Notes under the pieces: generated by a model
Told to the model about the DNA's origin: nothing
The model's input: the letters and a program-made list of their open reading frames with translations, nothing else
Database searches by the model: none
Part shown: one piece after another, positions 1-12,670 of the stretch
Layout: each line of letters opens with the position of its first letter
How positions within the stretch are numbered: the first letter of the stretch is position 1
Translations under genes and position numbers: made by a program
From: Camelus ferus
Lineage: Eukaryota
DNA: 64,000 nt
Direction of reading: 5' to 3'
NCBI RefSeq assembly: GCF_009834535.1
Contig: NC_045697.1
Location: 107,944,001 to 108,008,000, forward strand

Positions 1-3000
1 ATCATGTACTTGGGCACAAAAGAAACCTCAACAATTTTAAGAAGATAGAAATTATCTCAAGCATCTTTACTGACCACAATGCCATGAAACTGGAAATCAA
101 CAATAGAGAAACAAAGGAGAAAAAAAGGAAAGCATGGAGATTAAACAATATGTTATTGAAAAACAATGGATCAATGAGGAAATCAAAGCTGAAATTAAAA
201 AATACCTTGAGACAAATGATAATGAAAGCACAACCACTCAAAACCTATGGGACACAGCAAAGGCAATGCTAAGAGGGAAGTTTATAGCGATACAGGCCTT
301 CCTCAAAAAAGAAGAACAATCTCAAATAAACAACTTAACCCACCACCTGAATGAATTAGAAAAAGAAGAACAAAAAGCCCCAAAAAGCAGCAGAAGGAAG
401 GAAATAATAAAGATCAGAGAGGAATTAAATACAATAGAGATTAACAAGACCATAGAAAAAATCAACCAAACCAAAAGCTGGTTTTTTGAAAAAGTAAATA
501 AAATCGACAAACCTCTGGCCAAACTCACAAAGAAGAAAAAAGAGAGAGCACAAGTTAGCAAAATAAGAAAGGAAAATGGAGAAATTACAACAAACAAAAT
601 AGAAATGCAGAATATCATACGAGAATATTATGAAAAACTATATGGAACCAAACTGGATAACCTAGAGGAGATGGACAAGTTTCTGGAAACATACTGTCCA
701 CCAAAACTGAATCAAGAAGAATCTGAACACTTGAACAATCCGATCACTAGAAAGGAAATAGAAATAGCAATTAAAAACCTCCCTACAAATAAAAGTCCAG
801 GACCGGACGGCTTCACCGGGGAATTCTACCAAACATACAAAGAAGAACTCATACCAGTCCTTCTCAAACTCTTCCAGACGATTGAAAAGGAGGGAATACT
901 CCCAAACTCATTCTATGAAGCCACCATCACCCTGATACCAAAACCAGGCAAAGACACTACAAAAAAAGAGAATTATAGGCCAATATCACTGATGAACATA
1001 GACGCCAAAATCCTCACCAAAATTTTAGCAAATAGAATCCAACGACACATAAAAAAGATTATACATCATGACCAAGTGGGGTTCATCCCAGGGACACAAG
1101 GCTGGTTCAACATACGCAAATCAATCAGTGTGATACATCACATCAACAAGAGAAAGGACAAAAACCACATGATCATCTCAATCGATGCAGAAAAAGCATT
1201 TGATAAAATTCAACACCCATTTATGATAAAAACTCTCGCCAAAGTGGGTATAGAGGGAACATATCTCAACATAATAAAAGCTATATATGACAAACCTACA
1301 GCCAGCATAGTACTCAACGGTGAAAAACTCAAAAGCTTCCCATTAAAATCTGGGACAAGACAAGGATGCCCACTATCACCACTCCTATTCAACATAGTCC
1401 TGGAAGTCCTAGCCATAGCAGTCAGGCAAGAGAAAGAAATAAAAGGGATCCAAATTGGAAAAGAAGAGGTAAAAGTGTCATTATATGCTGATGACATGTT
1501 ACTATATGTAGAAAACCCTAAAAGGTCCACACAAAAGCTACTAGAGCTGATTGAAGAATTCAGCAAGGTAGCAGGTTACAAAATTAACGTTCAAAAATCA
1601 GTTGCATTTCTTTACACTAACGATAAATCAACAGAAGAAGAAAGTAAAGAAACAATCCCCTTTAAAATAGCACCCAAAATAATAAAATATCTGGGAATAA
1701 ATCTAACCAAGGAGGTGAAAGAATTATACACAGAAAACGATAAACCACTGATGAAGGAAATTAAAGAAGACTTTAAAAAATGGAAAGATATTCCATGCTC
1801 TTGGATTGGAAGAATCAATATTGTTAAAATGGTCACACTGCCCAAGGCAATCTACAGATTTAATGCAATCCCTATCCAATTACCCAGGACAGATTTCACA
1901 GAACTAGAACAAATCATAATAAAATTCATATGGAACCATCAAAGACCTAGAATTGCCAAAGCATTACTGAAGAGAAAGAAAGAGGCTGGAGGAATAACTC
2001 TCCCAGACTTCAGACAATACTATAGAGCTACAGTCATCAAGACAGCATGGTATTGGTACCAAAACAGACATATAGACCAATGGAACAGAATAGAGAGCCC
2101 AGAAATGAACCCACAAACTTTTGGTCAACTCATCTTTGACAAAGGAGGCAAGAATATACATTGGAATAAAGACAGTCTCTTCAGCAAATGGTGTTGGGAA
2201 AACTGGACAGCAGCATGGAAAACAATGAAGCTAGAACACTCCCTTACACCATATACAAAAATCAACTCAAAATGGATTAAAGACTTAAACATAAGACAAG
2301 ATACAATAAACCTCCTAGAGGAAAACATAGGCAAAACATTATCTGACATACATCTCAAAAATTTTCTCCTAGAAGAAATAAAAGCAAGAATAAACAAATG
2401 GGACCTAATGAAACTTACAAGCTTCTGCACAGCAAAGGAAACCAGAAATAAAACAAGAAGAAAACCTATGGAATGGGAGAAAATTTTTGCAAGTGAAACC
2501 GACAAAGGCTTGATCTCCAGAATATATAAGCAGCTCATGTGACTCAATAAGAAAAAAATAAACAACCCAATCCAAAAATGGGCAGAAGACCTAAACAAGC
2601 AATTCTCCAAGGAAGACATACAAATGATCAAAAAGCACATGAAAAAATGCTCCATATCACTAATTATCAGAGAAATGCAAATCAAAAGTACAATGAGGTA
2701 CCACCTCACACCAGTCAGAATGGCCGTCATTCAAAAATCCACAAATGACAAATGCTGGAGAGGCTGTGGAGAAAGGGGAACCCTCCTACACTGCTGGTGG
2801 GAATGCAGTTTGGTGCAGCCACTGTGGAAAACAGTGTGGAGATTCCTCAAAAGACTAGGAATAGATTTACCATATGACCCAGGAATCCCACTCCTGGGCT
2901 TGTATCCAGAAGGAAATCTACTTCAGGATGACACCTGCACCCCAATGTTCATAGCAGCACTATTTACAATAGCCAAAACATGGAAACAGCCTAAATGTCC

Positions 3001-3187
3001 ATCAACAGGTGACTGGATAAAGAAGATGTGGTATATTTATACAATGGAATACTACTCAGCCATAAAAACCGACAACATAATGCCATTTGCAGCAACATGG
3101 ATGCTCCTGGAGAATGTCATTCTAAGTGAAGTAAGCCAGAAAGAGAAAGAAAAATACCATATGAGATCGCTCATACGTGGAATCTAA
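1..3187 (+). pseudogene. L1 ORF2, disrupted by one frameshift (about 159-163) and one premature TGA (2540-2542)
   Basis: The frame reading HVLGHK...DHNAMKLEIN...NNMLLK shifts to QWINEEIK in an A run. After the TGA at 2540-2542 the same frame continues as [18 protein letters not shown] through to the stop at 3187. Confidence 0.9.
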
Positions 3188-3230
3188 AAAACAAAAACAA
3201 AAACAAACAAACAAACAAACAAAAAACAAA
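3186..3230 (+). repeat. (CAAA)n/(CAAAAA)n microsatellite at the start of the L1 3' UTR
   Basis: Read directly: aaaaaacaaaaacaaaaacaaacaaacaaacaaacaaaaaacaaa. Confidence 0.9.
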
Positions 3231-6200
3231 GCGTAAATACAGGACAGAAATAGACTCACAGACAGAGAATACAGACTTGTGGTTACCAGGGGGGTGGAGG
3301 GTGGGAAGGGATAGACTGGGATTTCCAAATTGTAGAATAGACTACACTGTATAGCACAGGGAAATATACACAAAATGTTATGATAACTCACAGAGAAAAA
3401 AATGTGACAATGAGTGTGTATATGTCCATGAATAACTGAAAAATTGTGCTGAACACTGGAATTTGACACAACATTGTAAAATGATTATAAATCAATAACA
3501 ATGTTAAAAAAAAAAAAGTTGACAGCAGATAGGCATAATCAAAGCCTCCACAAGAATGGGACACAGAGAGCATGCTGTCAAGAAATCAATTCTGAAGACA
3601 ATCACATTTTAATGAGCCTAACGCCACGGTTGTCTAGCGGTCCTGGCAGGGAGGGGGCCTGTGTCACTCAATAGCGACTTTCTGTTAACTGTCCCCAAAA
3701 GGAAGCCATCCCACAGACAGGAAGGGAGGCTTCCAGATGGGCTCGGAACACAGCCCCGTGGAGTCCCCATGGCTAGGGCTCAGGATGCACTCCTCCTGGT
3801 GCGCAGGTCCCTGAGGGGCAGACGGCTCTGAACCCAGAAGATCCTCACCTCTGAAAGCACCCACCCCCCGGCATTCACACCTGAGTCAAATGAACGGGGG
3901 GTTTTGCAGGGGTCAAGTCAGAAGACACGTCTTTTGATTCAGCTTTCCCAGAACAAAATACTGGTTATTTTTCCAGTGCAGAGACTAACTGTGAAAGCAT
4001 CCTTAAGCTGGCAAGCACTGGGTGCAATTTTATAAAATGAAGAATAAAATCAATTTTGAAAATTGCATGGAGCTGAAATATGGTGACGAGGGTGATCGAA
4101 TGGATTTTCCTCTGGCTGCAGTTAGACGGTGCGTCGTCCTTTGCTCCTCGGTAAGTCAGGGCAGTCTAAAACCAGTCAATAAGGCTTCAGATGCTTTTTT
4201 AAACTACTAGCTTTAAAGCAGCATTAGCTATGGGATACACAGCTATTTATCACAGGGAATTATTTCCTAGGCAATTCATCCAGATAGAAAACCAGGCCAT
4301 TTCCAGCTAACGAGAGACTTCAAAGCGAAACTCTTGGAAAACAATCCATTTGACAACCAACCACAGTCATGATATACTTTGTTTCTTTGTTCCTTAGAGA
4401 CACCTTAACCTTTTCCATGATGTCAGAAACAAAAGATTATGACTTTAAATGGGGAATAACCAGCTGGGGGAATGAAGTTGTTCAAACAAGACCATGCGCC
4501 TTGAGGTTGCACACACAGGCAGACGCATACCGCAGCAAGGCATTGCCCTGGAGGGTCTCAGTCACGTCTCCCGACAGTCTCGCTGGGCCCATGTTGGATT
4601 TTCCTTAAGATCCTGCCTCGCACGGCTCTTGATGTGTTAGCAGCTGCCTGGTGCTCTTTTCTGTGCCAGCCTGTTCCCGGGAATCTGCTTGGCTGTACTG
4701 AGATTCTTTCGATTCACTGAAGATGCCCTGTGCCTGTCACCTTCGGGGTAAGTGACTCACACCCCTCCTCCTTCCTCTGGGGAGGGAATAGCTTTGGGTA
4801 CGTTTGCTGAGCCCTTCCAGCTCCTAAGTGTCAGAGGTGAGGTCTGGAACCCAGAGTGTCTGTCTCTCAATCACTGACCCATAGGGCTACTCAGAAGACT
4901 TACAAACAACCCGGAAAAGATAAAGCTCTTACATCTGACAGCAGGACTGGGCGCTATAGTGAGCACCGCGGGCTCTCGGGAAACACTGAACTGGGGCCGC
5001 TCTGCCCTTCCTCCACTGGAATCTTTCACAGCAGATGAGACTGAAATCTTTCTGCCAGTCACGCTGTGAGCTCACATGCATCCCTTACCAAGTGCATGAC
5101 GTGAGATACTGGGCAGAACCATCCCACAGAATCTACAACTCGCCCCCGCCCCACCCTGGGCAGAGGCCCTTCTCAATGACTCAGCCAGAAGGGGCCAAGG
5201 ACCAACGACAGAGAGTCTAAGAATCAAAGTAAGTAACACTGCAGAGGAGAGCCTACATTTCTTTTCTGACTTAAATTTTCTACTTAGAAAGTAAACATAA
5301 TTTCTGCTTTTCATTGGAGTTGATTATTTTCACTAAGTATAGTAGCCAGCACTTTGTGTTTATTTATAGGACAGTCTGGCATCTTAAAAACCTAAAGGGT
5401 GGGCAAAAGTTTAAAAGGAACTGATGTTCTATGACCGTGCTTCATGAAGTATCAGTGGGGCCAGATAAAGCATTCATATCAACAATTGTAAACACTCTGT
5501 TTTCTCTATTAAGTGAGCCAAATAGCAATGAACTTGAAACATTATTTCTGTTTGGGCTTATGGCACATGACACATGCCAGCAGGCAGGAGAGCTTAGAAA
5601 AGTCTGGGCCCTGAACTCAGCTTCCCCACAGGCCTGACGAAGTCACTCAGCATCTGACACTTACCCACAGAGGTGACGTTTCCTCCCCGGGAGGATGGGG
5701 AGGTGGACGGTACCGACCTCGAGGAAGCTGGGAGCACGGACGAGAAGGTGGTCGGCCATGAACTGCAGAGCCTGCTGTCAGCCAACGGCCTCTACTCCGG
5801 GCTGCTTGTCAGCCAGTGACTGCAATTCGTTTGTGTTCTGAGTTCAGTAAAGCTGGGTTTAAGAAGAGATCCCCCACAGAAATCACCTGGGTTATCAGCT
5901 AAGGAAAATGCACATGTGTATAATCTAGACCGTTCTAATAATTACTCCTGGATACACTGGCTCAGAAAAGGACCTGCTAGGCTATTAGAGTCTCTCCTAC
6001 TTCAGAATTCTAACGCCGAGATCTCAGCTTCTGGATTTCTATTCCTTGATCCTTACAAATGAGGTCAGAAATCAAGAGAGTTTGACACAAGGTAGGGAAG
6101 AAAGGTTAGCTAAGTAGGTTGAAATTTCACGTGGGGCGAGGTCCTTTTTATGAGGCCAGACGAAAAAATAGTAATACAGGTTTATCTCTTGGGAGGGGAT

Positions 6201-9165
6201 TCTCAGGAGGGTTTAAGAGACAAAATCAGAATGCTAGAGTTGATTTAATGTCCTAAAGAAACCAGTTCAGAAAACAAGAGTCAGAGAGACTGAGGGACGT
6301 GTGGCCAGCCACTGCATGTGGAGTGGCTGAGGGGCAAATATCAGCCTTCTTTCCCGGAGCTCAGGGACACACATGCCACCCCCTGACTTGCTGGCCTGTC
6401 AAAAAGGTTCATGTGGTCAATGGTTTATGTATCCGACCTTTGGAAACAGGGATGCTTAATAGGATTGCTGCTTCTCCTAGGACCTCCCTAAGCGCCATGA
6501 TAGTGCCCTGTTCATCTACCTGTCTGTCCAGCCATTCACGGATGCCTCCTATGTGCCAGACATTGTGTCGGGTGACAAGATACACCCACGTCAGAGCTCT
6601 GTAAATACCAGGAAGAAATGATCAATACGCAATCAGTGCTGTAAGATGATAGGATAAGTTAAAGGCTAGAGTTGAGTTTTAAAGTTTTTTGTTGGTGGTG
6701 GGTGAGGCCTGTGTGGGAGTGGGTTATGTGCATCATGTTTAATTAATGAGCGATCCGGAAGCAGAAGCATAGAGTCAAAGCTCTGCAGAGCACACCTCCA
6801 CCACAGCTACTGATTTAATGAATACTCCTGGGCACTCTTTAAATTGAAAGATGGTTCATTAGATTTGTGCATCTGCCCTTCTTGGCAATCTGTTGTGTTT
6901 CTGATGAAGGCAGGAGAAAACACGGACACACCGTTATGAGTACGTTATGAGTAACTCAGCTTCCACTGATGACCCAAGTCATCAGGAGCTCAGGATGGCG
7001 AATTTCAGGAAAGTGTCTGAATCATTCTCTTTCCATTCCGATCAAGTTCTCTTCTCACCTGTCTTGAGAATTTCTAGTACTAGACATTACATATATTGAA
7101 AAAAAAAACCCCAAACTAATCACCTAATACATTATTTGCAAGCTGTAAAAATAAGCATATTTTTAATATATCAAAAGAGTAAGTCCCTACAAAACTGGCT
7201 CAAAACCACCTTCTTCTTTAATTTTTTCCCCCTGTTGTCCCATCAAGGTAATCATTACCTCCTCTGGGGTCCCAGCCTACATTGTACATTGCAGCCTGCC
7301 CCGGGGTTGGTTAGCTGTAGTGCCACACACACATATACACACACGCTCTTAGAAAGCAAAGAAAACATTAAAAACAACAACAACAACAACTTTGTCCCTA
7401 TCTCAGTACCTGCTACATAGGAGATGCTAATAAAAGTGCTGAAATGAATAGATCAAAAAGAAGTTCCCCTAAACAGGGCCTTAAACTATGAAAAGTGAGA
7501 CCCACTCATCACTTGCCACCTTCAGCAAATATTTATTCAAGACCTCCGAGGCTGTGGCACCTGAAAGACAGAGGTGTGGGGCCCGGGCACAGATACAGAC
7601 GTGTCTCTGCCGCAGGGGCTTCCTTCCGGGGCCGGTGAGGGCACTGTCTGTGGCGGCGGAGGCTTGGTCTGGGTCCTCCCACCCATTATAGAATTCGGCA
7701 AACATGTTACAAAATGCAGGACTGGAATTTAGGCTTTAGTGTTTAGTCTGGGGTTTATTTCAAGCGGGCTGGAAATTCAAGATGGTGGGGAAGATGTGTG
7801 AGGCTAAAACTCAGTTTTGTTAAATCAACTTGGGAAAAATTGGTGAGTTTTAAGAGGTTTCAGGTTAAAAGGTGCTCTGAACAAGATGCAGACTAACTGA
7901 CTCACAAAGACGAACTGACTCACACAAAGACTTGGCTTAATGCGCTTAATTAGCACTGTTGATGAGCTAATCTGCCCTGAGTGACAAAGAGAGAGGATGG
8001 AACAGTCCTTGTGTTCAAGGCACTGAACAAAATACATTAATTAATAAATAATTAAAATACAGCCGATGTAATCGCCGCAGAGGTGTAAGAGACAACAGCA
8101 GCCCAGAGGAGGCAGCGATCAACTCTAAGGATGAGAAAATAACCCACCGTGTCCAATCCCGGTGGTGAGAGCCTTCACATGCAGCTTGTACGGAACACCT
8201 TTTAACCTGAAGCCTCTTAGCACTTGTGTGTTTTTCTGAAGTCGATTTACCAAAACCGAGTTTTGGATACTCTCTGGATACTTTTCAGATTAACTGATTA
8301 ACAGATGATACAGAAAGACTCATTCATTCAACATTCGCTGGCCTGTGTTGGACCAGAAACACTGGGTGTTGTTACTGAAGTGGGTAAGTCTGAACACAAA
8401 TACAAATCCCCTGACATCCCTATGTGTTATTATGGGTCAATTAAAATGCAAAGCTCTGGCGTTCCCAGCGATTCACATGCTGCCCACGATGAGTGCAGCG
8501 GACACCCTGCCCCTGAGAGACGCAGCAGGACCTGCCACTTCCTCCCTGACAGACAGGAAGGCATCCGTGATGGAATGCCACTTCATGGCCACTGTGTCGC
8601 TTTAACATTGCCGTGACAAAGGGAAACTACAAAGTCCCAGCAGCCCTGGGAGGATGGAAAATCCCTGACAGATCTGCGCGGTGTCAGATTCTCTTCAGAA
8701 GCATTCTCAAGCCTCAGAGGACCGACACTTCTGGTCCGAGTTTTTGGCATTTTGTGTGGAATGTTTCCCTCTACAAGCAGTAATACAACTGGCTGGCTTT
8801 TTGAGAGCCCAGCTTCCTGCCAGACCCTGTCATGGTTCAATACTGTCAGACATCTGGAAAGCCTATACTTTGATTTTCCTTTGTCTCCCAGATGCACAGG
8901 GAAACATTCATCTGTTACAGCTGGACCGTCTTCAGGACGCCTCCCCGGCAGTGGTGGGTGACTGTTCACTTCTATACACAAGAAATAACTGACAGGAGAC
9001 GCCATGTCTCGTTTTCTGAGGCGCACTGATCATAAGGGCTGGTGAGCCAAGGTCATCACATCTCGTTCTGCAGTACAACTGAAGCCATCGGGACGCTCCA
9101 CCCGCAGCCCCCTGCAGAGCATCCCCAGCTGCCAAGCTCAATGCAGCCTCCCGATCGATACCCAC

Positions 9166-9355
9166 CAGTAAGGCGAAGCTGTGCTCTGGCAGCATCCCGT
9201 ACCGTCGCACCAGCTTCTCCCGAGTCACGCTGGGCAGCTCAGGGAGCTGCTCCCGGATCCGGTCAATGTTGATCACCTGCTGCGGGTCTGCGCCAGCAGG
9301 CAGGGACGCCGAGTCATAGAGCAGCAGCGGGGGCAGGTTGGGCTCCGGCATGAAC
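9166..9355 (-). CDS. GATB: GATB exon 9 (190 nt)
   Basis: Acceptor CTCTCTCCGCCCAG|, donor CTG|GTGGGT. Encodes [63 protein letters not shown]. Confidence 0.96.
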
Positions 9356-9814
9356 CTGGGCGGAGAGAGGAGACGGCCTGCCGCTGAGTACTTCATTTGC
9401 TTAGAGGAAACCCACCTGTCATCAACACGGAGGTTTGTGTCTAGAAGCCATGCCACTTGCAAAAATTTTCTAACCCCGCATGTCAAGTCTCCTGGTTTCC
9501 TAGGAACTAGCCCCTGTATGGGTGTAAAGTACAGTCAAAACGATCTAACCCCCTTCTCTCCATGTTTCCAAACTAGCGCTGAGTGAAAAAGGCGCAAGAC
9601 GGGGTTGAAGCTGTGCTGTGATCTATAGCTGTGGATAAAGTACATATTCACAAAGACACAGGCGGGAAGAAACAGGACCAACTTGAGAACAATTTTTAGG
9701 AAGAAAGACGATGTCCTCCATTTTTATATTTTCAAAACTTCTAGCAATCTTTGTGGAATAAATGAAAAGTCAGAGAAAAAGAAAAAGAAAAAATGGATTT
9801 TGCCTAAACATAAT

Positions 9815-10210
9815 ATAGACACAAGGGGAGAGGGAGGGAGGGTGGGAGGGGAAGAGCCCAGGAGATTTTCAGGGCAGTGAACTGTTCTGCGTGACACTGT
9901 AACGGTGGGGACATGTCATTACACGTCTGTCAAGACCCAGAGAATGTACAACGTAAAGAGCAAACCCTCATGTAAAGCACGGACTTCAGTTAATAGTAAG
10001 GTATCAGTACCGGCTCATCAATTTTAACAAACATTACCACACTACACACTAACGCAAGATGTCATCAGGGGAATCCCTGTGTGTGTGTGTGTGTGTGTGT
10101 GAGGCGGAGGAAGTTCATGGCATAAAACAAGGAGTTTATGGGAACCGTAATTTCCACTCAATTCTGCTGTAAACCTACAACTGCTCTAAAAAAGTCAATT
10201 AACTTTTTCA
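9815..10210 (+). mobile_element. Ancient L1 3' end (L1MC/MD-like) containing (TG)12 at 10078-10101
   Basis: Resembles L1MC 3' UTR motifs as recalled: ttcagggcagtgaactgttctg, gacatgtcattacac, ctgtaaacctacaactgctctaaaaa. Confidence 0.7.
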
Positions 10211-11359
10211 AAAATGTGGAAGCCGCACCACTGCATATACTCTTATGAAACAAAGATGACCTTCCCTTTGTTCTATTCCAGCATCTAACGTTTCTCTCAG
10301 CCCATACTTGTCAAAGGGCTTATGCAGAAGCAGGATAATGCAGAATAAATGGCAGCTCCAAGGCAACAGATCAGACGTGCAGGCGACCTATCACCTCGAC
10401 GCCAAATCTGTGCTATGAATCAGTCTGAATTCTGAAGGCAAGAGGAAACCAAAGGGAGGCTTCCTGAATCCCATCTATTCACCTGGGGGATTGAGCTGAA
10501 GCCATCGGCTGAGCTAAAAGCCAAACTCCATGCTCAGAGAGAAAGTGGCAAAAACACAGTAGGGGCAACACTGGAGAACAAGAAAGTTCTTGGGAAGAAC
10601 AGACTGAACCTAGAAGATCAGAGTAACAGCAAGGGTGACTTTGATGGACACACGAGGGGAGTCCCCGAGGTGACATTCACCCTGCGGGTTTATGAGCTGC
10701 TTCTTCCCCACATCCCAATGCTACGTCTGTTCCTCATCAACAGCAATGGCTACTCTGACATCTCCCTGCACGCTGCATAGGAAAGGTGGGCCAATCTCCA
10801 CAACTCTGTTGCTTAAATCTTCAATTTCTGCAGCCTGCTAAACTCAACACAGGCAAGAAATGAAAGGTTCCATTGCTCTTAAGCTATCCTTATTATTTGC
10901 TTTACTTCTGGACCTCATATTAAGTCTGATTTGTTAAATTTATCAATCAAATAGCATCACCTGAGGTTTGAAGGGAACTGCCATTAACATAAACATCTCT
11001 TTTTTCTATCTTCTCAAAGACTTTCAGTGTGTTACTGAATTTGTCACTGAATATGAAGTAAGAACAGCCCAGGCCCCACCCTCAGCTGCCATCCTCTGGG
11101 CTTAACTGCAACAACTCTGACACAGAGGTGAGTGAACAGTGTTTTCTAACTGTTGAACTATGTCAAGTAAGATGCTCCAACGATACCAAGTCCAAGAAAT
11201 ATTCTTTCTCTCAGTATACACATAAAATAGGAAGTCTAGATTTTCCATCATGCAACAACAAAAAGGGGTTCCTAGGATCATCACGTTGGTCTGCAAGTGG
11301 ATCTGAAATGAGCCCCAACCCCGAATGCAAAATGGTATTTTGACAAGAGGAGTAATCAC

Positions 11360-11404
11360 CTGTAGTCTTGTTTTCCTTCTTTGTCTCTCATCGGCACGGT
11401 GCAC
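11360..11404 (-). CDS. GATB: GATB exon 8 (45 nt)
   Basis: Acceptor TGTCACAG| with a long T tract upstream, donor CAG|GTGATT. Encodes CTVPMRDKEGKQDYR. Confidence 0.94.
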
Positions 11405-11421
11405 CTGTGACAGTTAAATCA

Positions 11422-11454
<33 letters not shown>

Positions 11455-12088
11455 GGCTGCATGTAGCATTGGCAAGTGCATATGCAGACAGGGATTCCCC
11501 AATCAGTAGATGACAGGAGATTCCAGCATCTTGGCCTTTCTTGGGAGACATTTATGTGAATACATTTCAGCAATATTAAAGAAAGAGAAATGTTTAGCAT
11601 GATAATTTAAAAAGAAAATAAATTATTTCAATGTTTCTAACATTTAACAGCTCAAACTCCAAGCTTCTGAACATTTCTTCTCAGTCTTCTGCTAAGTGTA
11701 TAAAACCCTTAAAATTCAGAGTCAGAAAATGAGACTCGGAGTTATCCAAACAGAAGAAGGCACTTCTACAACCAGCTCTGAGCTTCCCTCCACCTCTAGC
11801 TTAAAATGGCAGAGCTTAGGACCGATAGAATTTAAGGAAGTAAAAATTCTTGGTGCAAAGGATATAAACTGGAAGCTGGGGAAGGGCCAGGACCTGTGAC
11901 TGGTTCGGTCAGGTGAAACTCTCACCAGCCCTATAGGGTCTATTACATCCCCGTACAGCATTTTCCTAACTTTACTAATGAGGAAAGCAAAGTGCAGAGA
12001 AGCTAAGTACCTTCTCCAAGGTGACTGTGGTGAACCCAGGCTGGGGCCCCATCTACCTGTGTTTAAGATGCTGTCAATGAGAACTCAC

Positions 12089-12173
12089 CCCAGCTTGTAA
12101 TCGAACGAGCGTGTTTCATTCAGAATTTCACCTCCATTCTCCAGTTCACTGATTTGCCTCTGAATTTCATAGT
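12089..12173 (-). CDS. GATB: GATB exon 7 (85 nt)
   Basis: Acceptor T-run-AG|, donor GG|GTGAGT. Encodes [29 protein letters not shown]. Not in the ORF track; found by reading the minus strand. Confidence 0.95.
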
Positions 12174-12494
12174 CTAAAAAAAAAATAGTAGTTTAGTATC
12201 ATATTTTGAGTCCTTCCACCCAGTTCAGCAATAATTAGAAATCTTTCAATCCTTATGTCAAAAAATAATCAAGGGAGTTTCTTATAGTCATTCCTCCCAC
12301 ATATGCCACATTCTCTTCTTGCTGTCAGGATAACAGTGCTGGGAAGGGCCTTTTAGGAAGTCCTGCTCCCTCACTTTTTGAGAAAACTCAGGTTCAGAGA
12401 GATTAAATGACCAGTACAGATTACACAACTCGGCAGAAGAAGGGCTAGGACCAGTATGTAGGCCAAGTGACTCCAGATTTTGGATTGCTGCTTA

Positions 12495-12670
12495 TCAGGA
12501 GTTCTTATCCCGGGATCCATGGATGGGCTTCAAGGGGTTCTGGTACCTCCTGAAATCATATATAAAATGCAGATGTGTGCATATGTACACCTTCTTGGAG
12601 GGTGGGTCCAGAATTTTCATTATATTCTCAAAGGGATCTATGGTCCCAAATGCTTAACAGCCCCTGCTCT
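12495..12670. mobile_element. hAT-Charlie-type MITE (MER103-like)
   Basis: The sequence caggagttctta...gatccatggatgggcttcaagggg...ttctcaaaggg...cccctg resembles the recalled consensus. Terminal repeats are degenerate. Confidence 0.55.

Larger units (their letters stand above)
1..3517 (+). mobile_element. Young LINE-1 (end of endonuclease domain, RT, CCHC domain, 3' UTR, poly-A), antisense in GATB intron 9; continues upstream of the window
   Basis: ORFs 134-2542 and 2624-3187 are in the same frame and translate to L1 ORF2p ([37 protein letters not shown]). The 3' UTR has a G-rich tract and ends in an A tail at 3506-3517. Confidence 0.98.

Noticed and set aside
2125..2730. Hydrophobic minus-strand ORFs over the L1 elements (also 322-618, 1210-1566, 32521-32949)
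   Set aside because: These are antisense shadows of A-rich L1 ORF2, a common artefact.
6932..6953. 11-bp tandem duplication CGTTATGAGTA x2 (a similar duplication lies near 50850-50894)
   Set aside because: Ordinary slippage-type micro-duplication with no sign of function.
8932..9486. 184-aa ORF as a standalone gene
   Set aside because: Only 9166-9355 is GatB-like and bounded by splice sites; the rest is open intronic frame.
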